A DNA stretch of 64,000 nucleotides, taken from assembly GCA_963850305.1 (NCBI GenBank), contig CAWKKR010000007.1:736001-800000 (forward strand). Direction: 5' to 3'. The stretch comes from an uncultured delta proteobacterium (GTDB lineage Bacteria; Myxococcota_A; Polyangia; Polyangiales; Polyangiaceae). The number at the start of each line of letters is the position of its first letter. The stretch's first letter is position 1. Position numbers and translations under genes: made by a program. The notes under the pieces were generated by a model. The model searched no databases. It had not been told where the DNA came from and saw only the letters and a program-made list of their open reading frames with translations. Of this stretch, positions 52,051 to 61,479 are shown in pieces.

Positions 52051-53162
52051 GGCGGATCCTCGCGGTGATGGAGCGGGATCTCTTGCGCATCCTGCGGAAC
52101 CCCGCCGCACTGCTCTCGTCCGTCGTGCTCCCGGTCGTCTATCTGTTGATCCTCGGCAACTCGCTCAACGGACCGCTGACGGGGCTCTCCCTGGGCGTGG
52201 TCAGCGAGGACCAGGGACCGCAGGCGAGGGCGCTCCTCGGCGCATTGCAGGCCATCGAACACGGCCCCGCCACCGTGTCGCTCGACCTGCTCGACAACCC
52301 GCAGGAGGGCTTTCGCATGCTGCACGACGGGCAGATATCGGGGTTACTCGTCGTCCCGTCGACCTTCTCGCGCGATCTCTCGCACGGGGTGGCCGCCCCG
52401 GCGGGCCTCTACGTCGACAACGTGGACGCCGTCGCGGCCGTCGCGATCGAGGGCGCCGTGCAGGCTGCCCTGCCGGCCCTGATTCAGCCGCTCGTCCGCT
52501 TCGAACGGCATCTAGGACAGGCCGAGATCCGACCCCAGGAGATCTATCCGCGGGTCGACTACGACGCGTCCCTCATCCCGGGCGTCGTCGTGATGTCGCT
52601 CTTCATGGGGAGCATGCTGAGCGGCGCCTTCAACCTCATCATGGACCGCTTCATGGGCGTCCACGAAAGCTTCCTCTCGACTCCCCTGCGCAAGCTCGAC
52701 ATCAACCTCGGGATCCTCCTGTCGGGAAGCCTCGTGACGTTCGTCTCGAGCAGCCTAGTGCTCGGTATCGGGTTCCTCGTGACCGGCGTGCGGGTGCACG
52801 GAGGCGCCGCGGGCTACGCCGCGCTTTTCGGCGTCATGGTGCTGACGGGCCTCGGGCTGCTGGCGATGACGATGATCATCATCGGAAGAGCCGGCCACCC
52901 GCGCATTGCCGGGGTGCTGAACGGCTTCATGAGCGTCATCCTCTTCTTCCCGAGCGGAGCACTTTACCCTCTGGCGAGCTTCCCGGGGTGGCTGCGGGCC
53001 TTCGCCCAGGTCGATCCGGAGACGCACGCCGTGGCCGCGCTGAAGGCGATTCTCTTCCGGGGCGGCGACATCTCCGCCGCGGGCCGGCACGTCGCGTTCC
53101 TCGCCGCCTTCACGGCCGCGATGCTCCTCCTGTCCACGCTGACGATGAAGCGGACGCTGTGA
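52047..53162 (+). CDS. ABC-2 type permease
   Basis: N-terminal TM, periplasmic domain, then five further TMs; FPSGALYP, FPGWLR. Confidence 0.92.
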   Translation: MRRILAVMERDLLRILRNPAALLSSVVLPVVYLLILGNSLNGPLTGLSLGVVSEDQGPQARALLGALQAIEHGPATVSLDLLDNPQEGFRMLHDGQISGLLVVPSTFSRDLSHGVAAPAGLYVDNVDAVAAVAIEGAVQAALPALIQPLVRFERHLGQAEIRPQEIYPRVDYDASLIPGVVVMSLFMGSMLSGAFNLIMDRFMGVHESFLSTPLRKLDINLGILLSGSLVTFVSSSLVLGIGFLVTGVRVHGGAAGYAALFGVMVLTGLGLLAMTMIIIGRAGHPRIAGVLNGFMSVILFFPSGALYPLASFPGWLRAFAQVDPETHAVAALKAILFRGGDISAAGRHVAFLAAFTAAMLLLSTLTMKRTL

Positions 53163-53181
53163 CGAGCGGGTTCTCGTGTTC

Positions 53182-53289
53182 CGCCGTTTCCGCTTCGATG
53201 AGCTGGAAGCCGTGCGACGTCAGGAAGGCACGGAGAAACCGGCGCATCTGCCGTTCGTCCTCGACCAGGAGAGCGACGTCGTTCGTCAT
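53182..53289 (-). pseudogene. kdpE: Truncated KdpE response regulator (first ~36 codons only)
   Basis: ATG overlaps the kdpD stop (ATGA): [36 protein letters not shown], then unrelated sequence running antisense into the ABC permease gene. Confidence 0.82.
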
Positions 53290-55994
53290 TTTGCCGCTTG
53301 CGCCGGTTCCTGGTCGACGGGCAAGGGGGGCGCGCTACCGAGGATTGGCAGGTCGATGCGAAAGGTAGCGCCGCCGTGCGGGCGATTCTCCGCCGAGAGC
53401 GTGCCCCCATGCGCCTCGACGAGCCCCCGGCTGATCGAGAGGCCGAGCCCTACGCCCCCCGCGCCGGCATGCGGGCCCCGATAGAACTTCTCGAAGACGC
53501 GTTCCTCTTCGCCGGGAGGCAGCCCGGGACCTCGGTCCGTCACATCGATGACGACCTTGCCGTCGGCCGCGCGGGCGCGGATCTCGATGCCGCTCGATTT
53601 CGGGGTGTACTTGGCGATGTTGTCGAGCAAGTTCACGAACACCTGCTCGAACAGAATCGGGTCCACCGATAGGAGCGGCAGGTCGTCTGGAACGTCGGTC
53701 ACGACCGGGCGATCACCGAGCCTCGGCTCGAGCCGTGAAAGGGCGGAGACGAGGATCTCTTCGAGCGGTATCCAATCCCGCTTGAGCCGGAGGCCGCCGG
53801 ATTCGAGACGCGTCATGTCGAGCAGGTTCGAGACCAGCCGCTCGAGCCGCTCCGCCTCTTCGCAGATGGTTTGGAGGAGCTCGATGCGCTGGCTCTCCGC
53901 GATGTGAACAGAAGTGTCCAGCAATGTCGTGGCCGCCCCGGTGATCCCGGCGAGCGGCGTCCGGAGATCGTGCGAGACAGTGCTGAGGAGCGTGCTTCGC
54001 ATCTCTTCGGTGCGTGCTCGAAGCGCGGCGCTCTCTGCGTCCTGCGCCAGGCGCGCCCGCTCGAGCGCCATGCCGCCCTGGCGCGCGTAGATGTCGAGGA
54101 AATGCCGATCCTCGGAGATCGGGCCTTCGGCTCGGCTCGGGCCGAGCGACAGCACACCGAACACGGTCGAGGCCACTCGAAGCGGCACGCAAAGCGTCTT
54201 CGACCCAGGCAGCGTCTCCGTCCCGAGCCCGGCGAGTCTTCCGTGTTCGAGGACCCAGCGAGCGACCGCTTTTTCCGGCGCGTCCGTCGCGACCTCTCCG
54301 AGCTTGGCTGCAAGCTCCGGCGCCCCTGTGGCATCGGGAAGAAACACCGCGACCGGGCGCTGGAAGACCTGAGCGGCCTGGCCTCCGAGCGCAGCGGCGA
54401 CCTGCTTGGCGTCGAGCGCCGCTCCGAGCTCGCGAGACAGGGCGTACAGCGCGGCCGCTTGTTCCTCTCGAGCGCGAGCTTGCCGCTCTTGGCGACGAAG
54501 CCGGAGGGTGAGACCGCTGATGAGCACACCCGTGACGAACATCATCACGAACGTCAAGGTGTTCCGTACGTCGGTGACGGCGAAGGTGAAGAACGGCGGA
54601 ATGAAGAAGAAGTCGTACGAGGCGACGGAAAGCACCGCGGCGACCATCGACGGGCCGCGCCCGAAGCGGGTCGCGACGATCATGATGACCATCAGGTACA
54701 GCATCACGATGTCGGGCAGCGCGAAGACGGCGCGCGCGATTTCCGAAACGAGTGTCGCGAGCGCGACGAGCCCGACCGCGTAGCCGTACGCCGCCCCGAC
54801 GGGGCCGCCTTCTTCGGTCCGCGCGGCCCTGCGCTCCGGTTCCGGCCCTCTACTGGCGTCGCCCGAAATGACGTGAACGTCGATATCGCCGCTTCCGCGA
54901 ACGACCTCGCCGAGGAGCGAGCCGCGCACGAGGTCGCGAAGGTGCGAGTGCGTCGGCTTCCCGATGACGATGCGAGTGACGTTGTGCTTGCGCGCGTAAT
55001 CGAGGAGGGCCTCGCTGATCTTCGCACCGATCAAGTTGGCGATCTCTGCGCCCAGGGACTCCGCGAGGCGGAGGTGCGCCTCCAGGCGCGCGCGGTCGGC
55101 CGAGGACATCGGCGCGGCGGCCGCGGGTTCGACATAGGCGGCGACCCAGGGTGCTCGGAGCCCTGCGGCCATGCGCGCCGCCGCTCGGACGAGGCGCGCG
55201 GACGCCGGCGCAGGTCCGATGCAGACCAGAATGCGCTCTTGAGTCGGCCACGTCGCGCCGATGCCCTGTTCCTCCCGGTGCGCCAGGACGTCGAGATCGA
55301 CGTGGTCGGCCGCACGCCGCAGAGCGAGCTCGCGGAGGGCGAGCAGGTTGCCCTTGCGGAAGAAGTTTTCGACCGCGCGTGCGGCTTGTTCCGAGAGGTA
55401 CACCTTGCCCTCGCGCAACCGCCCGAGGAGCTCTTCGGGCGGAACGTCGATGAGCTCGATCTCGTCGGCGCGTGTGAGGATCGAGTCGGGCACGGTTTCG
55501 CGAACCCGCACGCTCGTGATCTGCGCGATGACGTCGTTCAGGCTTTCGATGTGCTGGATGTTCAGCGTCGTGTGCACGTCGATGCCCGCGTCGAGCAACT
55601 CGAGCACGTCCTGCCAGCGCTTCGCGTGGCGGGCGCCCTCGGCGTTGGTGTGCGCGAGCTCGTCGACCAGTATGATCTTCGGCTTGCGCGCGAGCGCGGC
55701 ATCGAGGTCGAACTCCTCGAGCTTTCTTCCCCGATACTCGAGGGCCCGCCGCGGCAGGATCTCGAGTCCCAGCACCATCGCGGCGGTGTCGTAGCGACCA
55801 TGCGTCTCCACGACGCCCACCACGACGTCGCCGGCCCGGAATTCCCTCGCCGCCGCGAGCATCGCGAACGTCTTGCCGACGCCGGGTGCATAGCCGAGGT
55901 AGATGCGGAGTCGCGCGCGTCGCTGCCGTTCGTCGTCTTTTTTGATCCGCCGGAGCAGCGCATCCGGATCGGGGCGACCGGCGGGTTCGGTCAC
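53286..55994 (-). CDS. kdpD: Osmosensitive K+ sensor histidine kinase KdpD
   Basis: [35 protein letters not shown] domain, 4 TMs, [11 protein letters not shown]; intact 902 aa. Confidence 0.97.
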   Translation of the reverse strand: MTEPAGRPDPDALLRRIKKDDERQRRARLRIYLGYAPGVGKTFAMLAAAREFRAGDVVVGVVETHGRYDTAAMVLGLEILPRRALEYRGRKLEEFDLDAALARKPKIILVDELAHTNAEGARHAKRWQDVLELLDAGIDVHTTLNIQHIESLNDVIAQITSVRVRETVPDSILTRADEIELIDVPPEELLGRLREGKVYLSEQAARAVENFFRKGNLLALRELALRRAADHVDLDVLAHREEQGIGATWPTQERILVCIGPAPASARLVRAAARMAAGLRAPWVAAYVEPAAAAPMSSADRARLEAHLRLAESLGAEIANLIGAKISEALLDYARKHNVTRIVIGKPTHSHLRDLVRGSLLGEVVRGSGDIDVHVISGDASRGPEPERRAARTEEGGPVGAAYGYAVGLVALATLVSEIARAVFALPDIVMLYLMVIMIVATRFGRGPSMVAAVLSVASYDFFFIPPFFTFAVTDVRNTLTFVMMFVTGVLISGLTLRLRRQERQARAREEQAAALYALSRELGAALDAKQVAAALGGQAAQVFQRPVAVFLPDATGAPELAAKLGEVATDAPEKAVARWVLEHGRLAGLGTETLPGSKTLCVPLRVASTVFGVLSLGPSRAEGPISEDRHFLDIYARQGGMALERARLAQDAESAALRARTEEMRSTLLSTVSHDLRTPLAGITGAATTLLDTSVHIAESQRIELLQTICEEAERLERLVSNLLDMTRLESGGLRLKRDWIPLEEILVSALSRLEPRLGDRPVVTDVPDDLPLLSVDPILFEQVFVNLLDNIAKYTPKSSGIEIRARAADGKVVIDVTDRGPGLPPGEEERVFEKFYRGPHAGAGGVGLGLSISRGLVEAHGGTLSAENRPHGGATFRIDLPILGSAPPLPVDQEPAQAAK

Positions 55995-56033
55995 CGCCTT
56001 CTCCCGGCGGAGGTCGAACGCGACATCGTCCGC

Positions 56034-56622
56034 TCAGCGTGCTCTGTCGAGCGCCAGATTCAGCTCGAGCACGTTGACGGCCGGTTCGCCGAGCACGACG
56101 AGCCCGCGCCCGATCGTGCTCGCCTGGACGAGCTCGCGGACTTTGCCCGGATCCATGCCGCGCGCCTTCGCGACGCGGGCGACCTGGTACTCCGCGGCGG
56201 CCGGGGAGATGTGCGGGATCGAGCCCGCTGCCCGAAGCCGTGACGAGGTCGACCGGGACTGGCGCGGTGTTCGTCGGATCGGCGGCGCGGAGCGCCTCGA
56301 TGCGGGCCTTGACGGCGTCCCGAGGCGGGGTTCGGCGGGCCGAGGTTCGACCGGTGCGAGGCGCCCGCGTTGTATGCGGGGCTCGTCGCGGACGAGGCGA
56401 CTCCAGAAGTACTTCGGCTCGTCGAACGGCTGTCCGATGAGCTCGGAGCCGACGTCCTTTCCGTCCTTCGTGATGAGGCTGCCGTTCGCCTGGTGCGGGA
56501 ACACGCGGCTTGAGCGACGCCGGTGACGAGCGAGCGGATAGGCGACGCCGGTGAGGAGCGTCATGAGCGCCGAGAACGGCGAGAGCCGCCCGGAGCTGTC
56601 TTGTCATTGATAGGTCGTTCAT
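56034..56622 (-). pseudogene. kdpC: KdpC, frameshifted in this assembly
   Basis: [71 protein letters not shown] spread over several frames. Confidence 0.9.
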
Positions 56623-56659
56623 CTGTGCCTCGATGGAGTATGCGTGGGGGTCATTGCCT

Positions 56660-58842
56660 TCAGGTGAGGTGCAGCACGACGAGGACGAGGTCGATGACCT
56701 TGATGCCGACGAACGGCACGATGACGCCGCCGAGGCCGTAGACGAGCAGGTGATCGCGGAGCAGGCGCGATGCGCCGACCGCACGGTACTTGATGCCGCG
56801 GAGCGCGAGCGGGATGAGCGCGATGATGATGAGCGCGTTGAAGATGACCGCGCGAGAGGATCGCGCTCGTGCGGCGTCGCCAGGTGCATGACGTTGAGCG
56901 CGTCGAGCGCCGGGTACGTCGTGGCGAACGCGGCCGGGATGATCGCGAAGTACTTCGCGACGTCGTTGGCGATGCTGAACGTCGTGAGCGCGCCGCGCGT
57001 CATGAGGAGCTGCTTGCCGATCTCGACGACCTCGATGAGCTTGGTCGGGTTCGAGTCGAGGTCGACCATGTTGCCGGCCTCCTTCGCCGCCTGCGTGCCG
57101 GTGTTCATCGCGACGGCGACGTCGGCCTGCGCGAGCGCGGGCGCGTCGTTCGTGCCGTCGCCGGTCATCGCGACGAGGCGGCCGCCCTTCTGGTGATCGC
57201 GGATGAGCGCGAGCTTCGTCTCGGGCGTCGCCTGGGCGAGGAAGTCGTCGACGCCGGCTTCGGCGGCGATGGCGGCGGCCGTCAGCGGGTTGTCGCCCGG
57301 TGATCATCACGGTCTTGATCCCCATCTGCCGGAGCTCGGCGAAGCGCTCCTTGATGCCGCCCTTGACGATGTCCTTGAGCTGAACGACGCCGAGGACCGC
57401 GCGCGCCCTCGGCGACGACGAGCGGCGTGCCGCCCTGCTTCGCGATCGTCGTCGACGCTGGCGCGGACCTGCGGAGGGAACGCGCCGCCCTTGGCGCGCA
57501 CGTAGGCTTCGATGGCGTCGGCCGCGCCCTTGCGGATCTCGCGGCCCGTCGAGGTCGACGCCGCTCATGCGGGTCTGCGCCGTGAAGGGCACGAACGTCG
57601 CGCTCGAGCGCGTGCGACGTCGCGCTCCCGGATGCCGTAGCTCTCCTTCGCGAGCACGACGATGCTGCGCCCTTCGGGCGTCTCGTCGGCGAGCGACGCG
57701 AGCTGCGCGGCGTCGGCGAGCTGCCTCTTCCGTCGACGCCGGGCGCCGGCAGGAACGCCGTCGCCTGCCGGTTGCCGAGCGTGATGGTGCCCGGTCTTGT
57801 CGAGGAGGAGCACGTCGACGTCGCCGGCGGCCTCGACGGCGCGGCCGCACGTCGCGATGACGTTCGCCTGGATCATCCGGTCCATGCCGGCGATGCCGAT
57901 GGCCGAGAGCAGGCCGCCGATCGTCGTCGGGATGAGGCAGACGAGCAGCGCGACGAGCACCGTGATGGTGATGGGCGCGCCCTTGCCGGCCGCCGTCGAC
58001 GCTGAAGAGCGAGTACGGCAGCAGCGTCACCGTCGCGAGGAGGAAGATGATCGTGAGCGCCGCGAGCAGGATGTCGAGCGCGATCTCGTTCGGCGTCTTC
58101 TGGCGCTTCGCGCCCTCGACCATCGCGATCATGCGGTCGAGGAACGTCTCGCCCGGGTTCGCGCGTGATGCGCACGACGAGCCAGTCGGAGAGCACGCGC
58201 GTGCCGCCCGTGACCGCGCTGCGATCGCCGCCGCTCTCGCGGATGACCGGCGCGCTCTCGCCGGTGATGGCGCTCTCGTCGACCGACGCGACGCCTTCGA
58301 CGATCTCGCCGTCGCCCGGGATCGTAATCGCCGGCCTCGACGAGGACGATGTCGCCCTTGCGGAGCTGGCCGAGGCGAGCACGAGCGACGTCGCGCGCGT
58401 CGCGCCTCGGCTCGGCGAGCTTGCTTCGCCTGGATGTCCTTGCGCGCCTTGCGCAGCGCGTCGGCCTGCGCCTTGCCGCGGCCTTCGGCCATCGCCTCGG
58501 CGAAGTTCGCGAAGAGCACCGTGAACCAGAGCCAGAGCCGAGATCGCCGAGGATGAAGCCCGCCGGCGCTTCGCCGTGTCCGCCGAGCGCCTGGATCCGA
58601 AGAGCGCGGTCGTGAGGACGCTGCCGACCTCGACGACGAACATGACGGGGTTTCGGACCTGGTGCCGCGGGTCGAGCTTGCTGGAACGAGTCGACGATGG
58701 CGCGCCGGACGATGGCCGGGTCGAAGAGCGGGCGGGCTTGGCCCTTCGCGCGGTGAGTGCCGTGCTCGATGGGGTCGCGGGACGGCGGGGGGCTGCGTCC
58801 GCGGTCGCGACGCAAGATCTTCGGGGCTCGAGTGGTTGCCAT
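56660..58842 (-). pseudogene. kdpB: KdpB P-type ATPase, split by many indels in this assembly
   Basis: [75 protein letters not shown]. Confidence 0.93.
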
Positions 58843-58889
58843 GGCGTATTCCGTCAGTCTCGGATGGCGGGTTGCGAGGGTGGGGAAGC

Positions 58890-60665
58890 TCAGGACTGCG
58901 CGAGCAGGTGCTCGACGATGGGGCCGAGCGCGAGCGCGGGAATGAACGTCAGCGCGCCGACGATGACGATGACGCCGACGAGCATCGCCGACGAAGAGCG
59001 GCGTGTGCGTCGGGCAGCGTTCCCGCGCTCGGCGGGCACGATCTTCTTCTTCGCGAGCGAGCCCGCGAGCGCGAGGCACGCGGCATCTTCACCCAGAAGC
59101 GCCCGAAGAACATCGCGATGCCCGAGGGTCGGTGTTGTAGAAGGGCGTGTTCGCGCTGAGGCCGGCGAAGGCGCTGCCGTTGTTGTTCGCGGCCGACGAG
59201 AACGCGTAGAGCACCTCGCTGAAGCCGTGCGGCCCCGGGTTGAAGACGTCCCTTGCCGCCGGCCTCGGTGACGACGGCGATCGCCGTGACGACGAGCACG
59301 ACGGCGCAGCGGGAACGAGGATGCCGAGCGACGCCATCTTCATCTCGTAGGCTTCGATCTTCTTGCCGAGGTACTCGGGCGTGCGCCCGACCATCAGCCC
59401 GGCGACGAACACGGCGACGATGGCGAAGATCAGCATGCCGTAGAGGCCGGAGCCGACGCCGCCGAAGATGATCTCGCCGAGCTGGATGAGCCACATGCGG
59501 AACGAGCCCGCCGAGCGGCGTGAACGAGTCGTGCATCGCGTTGACCGAGCCGTTCGAGGCGGCGGTGGTGGCCGTCGCGTAGAGCGCCGACGCGGAGATG
59601 CCGAAGCGCACCTCCTTGCCCTCCATGTTGCCGCCCGGCCTGCAGGGCGCTCGCGACCTGATCGACGTGCGAGCGACGCGAGGCGCGGGGTTGCCGGCCT
59701 GCTCCTGCGTGCACGCACAGACCAGAGCGAGCGGAAGGAAGATGACGAACATGGCGCGCGAGCAGCGCCCAGCCCTGGCGCGTGTCCTTCACCATCTTGC
59801 CGAACGTGTAGGTGAGCGCCGCCGGGATCGCGAGGATCGACAGGATGATCGACGAAGTTCGAGAGCGGCGTCGGGTTCTCGAACGGGTGCGCGGAGTTCG
59901 CGTTGAAGAAGCCGCCGCCGTTCGTGCCGAGGTGCTTGATGGCGACCTGCGACGCAGCCGGGCCGACCGCGATCAGCTGATCGACGACGGCTTTGCCGTC
60001 CGCGTCCTTCGTCGCCTGGAGCAGCGACGACGCTGTGGTACGCGCTGAAGGTCTGCACGACGCCCTGCGAGACGAGGAAGAGCGCGAAGACGAACGAGAG
60101 CGGCAGCAGGATGTAGAGCGTGCCGCGCGTCAGATCGACCCAGAAGTTGCCGATGCCGCGTCGCCTGCTTGCGCGTGAACGCCGCGGATGAGCGCGACGA
60201 GCACGCCATGCCCGACGCCGCGGAGACGAAGTTCTGCACCGCGAGGCCGAGCATCTGCGTGAGGTAGCTCATCGTCGTCTCGCCGCCGTAGCCTTGCCAG
60301 TTCGTGTTCGTCGCGAAGCTCGTCGCCGTGTTCCACGAGAGGTCCGGCGACACGGCCGGCAAGGCCTGCGGGTTCAGCGGCAAGAACCGCCTGCAGGCGC
60401 TGAAGCGCGTACACGACGACGAGGCCCGCCGCGTTGAAGAGCAGCATCGCGAGCGCGTACGTCTGTCCACGCATCTCACGCTCCTCGTCTCGGCCGGTAC
60501 GCCGCGAAGCGGTAGATGAGCCGCTCGAGTCGGTCCGAAGCACCTTCTCGAAGAACGTGCGCTCGCCCTCGTAGACGCGCGCCATGTAGTCGCCGAGCGG
60601 CTTCACCAGGGCGACGAGCACCACGAAGTAGAGACGACGATCTGTGCGTAACCTTGCCAGCTCAT
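58890..60665 (-). pseudogene. kdpA: KdpA K+-binding subunit, split by many indels in this assembly
   Basis: [74 protein letters not shown] 60665. Confidence 0.93.
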
Positions 60666-60754
60666 GAGAAAGCCTCCGGCTTGAGCAGCGCGACGAACAG
60701 GTAGACGAGGAGCGCGAGCGAGACGACTCCGCCGACGACGTAGAGAACGGGCAT
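60662..60754 (-). CDS. kdpF: KdpF small subunit (30 aa)
   Basis: MPVLYVVGGVVSLALLVYLFVALLKPEAFS; YLxxALxxPExF signature; stop overlaps the kdpA ATG; AGGAG RBS. Confidence 0.92.
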   Translation of the reverse strand: MPVLYVVGGVVSLALLVYLFVALLKPEAFS

Positions 60755-60764
60755 GATCGAACTC

Positions 60765-60851
60765 CTACGAAACGCGCTCGAAGAGCCGAACGAGGCCCCA
60801 GGTGAGCGCGACCAGAAAAGCGGTGAGTGCCATGTAAACGACGTCCATCAT
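60765..60851 (-). CDS. Second small hydrophobic kdp-associated peptide (28 aa)
   Basis: MMDVVYMALTAFLVALTWGLVRLFERVS with a GAGG RBS; single TM; 10 bp upstream of kdpF. Confidence 0.75.
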   Translation of the reverse strand: MMDVVYMALTAFLVALTWGLVRLFERVS

Positions 60852-60860
60852 CGGAACCTC

Positions 60861-60876
60861 TGCGATTACCGTGCCA
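60861..60876 (-). promoter_or_regulatory. Sigma-54-like box immediately upstream of the kdp peptides
   Basis: Minus strand TGGCACG-GTAA-TCGCA (GG-N10-GC). Confidence 0.5.
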
Positions 60877-61035
60877 TGGGTGTGTGACCGGGGGAGAAGG
60901 TGCGTGCGCCGAACGAGCCCGGGCCGGGCTTCATTGCGCCGATGCGCGTAACAATCCGCTCGCAGCCTCGCGCTTCGGGCCCGCAGGTTTCGGTGCGCTC
61001 CAGCGGGGGCAGCGTCACGGCTTTCATGACGAGGG

Positions 61036-61100
61036 AAACTAGGCGCGCCGCGGTCACGGCGCCGTCAAGCTTCCTCGGAAAAGCGTCAAGAAGGCATTAA
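61036..61100 (-). promoter_or_regulatory. kdp-facing promoter: four OmpR-type half-sites plus -10
   Basis: Minus strand TTAATG(61100), TTGACG(61089), TTGACG(61068), GTGACC(61057), spaced 11-21-11; then 10 nt and TAGTTT. Confidence 0.65.
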
Positions 61101-61129
61101 GGTCGACCTCGATGCGTTCCAGCGCGCTA

Positions 61130-61194
61130 GTGACGTCTCGTTGACGGTTTCGTCGCCAACCTCGACGGCGCCGTGACTCGGCCACACCTAAGCT
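61130..61194 (+). promoter_or_regulatory. Mirror-image divergent promoter with the same architecture
   Basis: GTGACG(61130), TTGACG(61141), TCGACG(61162), GTGACT(61173), spaced 11-21-11; then 10 nt and TAAGCT. Confidence 0.6.
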
Positions 61195-61221
61195 CTGCCT
61201 TGGTGCCGTGTACCTCGCGGC

Positions 61222-61332
61222 GCAGAGTTTGCGGCTCTTCTGGTGGTTGGGACGCTAGAGCGGTTCCTGCTCGGATCGATCTCGGAAGCGCTGGTGCGCA
61301 GGGCGGCTCGTTCGGTGTATGTCGTGCGCCCT
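61222..61332 (+). pseudogene. Universal stress protein (USP) C-terminal relic
   Basis: AEFAALLVVGT-LERFLLGSISEALVRRAARSVYVVRP matches the USP C-terminus but lacks the HGRxG segment. An in-frame stop at 61189 leaves no room for an N-terminal half. Confidence 0.65.
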
Positions 61333-61407
61333 CGGTGCATGTCGTGCGCCCCACGGAAGGAAGTTCGCCCGCGGTTCCCGCCTGACACGCGTCTTCCGAG
61401 TCGGCTC

Positions 61408-61472
61408 GCGACGGCTTCTTTACGCTCCGCGCTTGCTTCTTGACCGTATCTTGAGGTGGCGCGGACTAGTTC
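61408..61472 (+). promoter_or_regulatory. Third promoter with the 11-21-11 half-site array
   Basis: GCGACG(61408), TTTACG(61419), TTGACC(61440), TTGAGG(61451); then 10 nt and TAGTTC; ATG at 61480. Confidence 0.6.
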
Positions 61473-61479
61473 ATATAGA

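Noticed and set aside
49978..56243. Long antisense ORFs (e.g. 49978..52110 minus, 53871..56243 plus)
   Set aside because: Shadow frames of well-supported genes in high-GC DNA; Arg/Ala-rich with no motifs.
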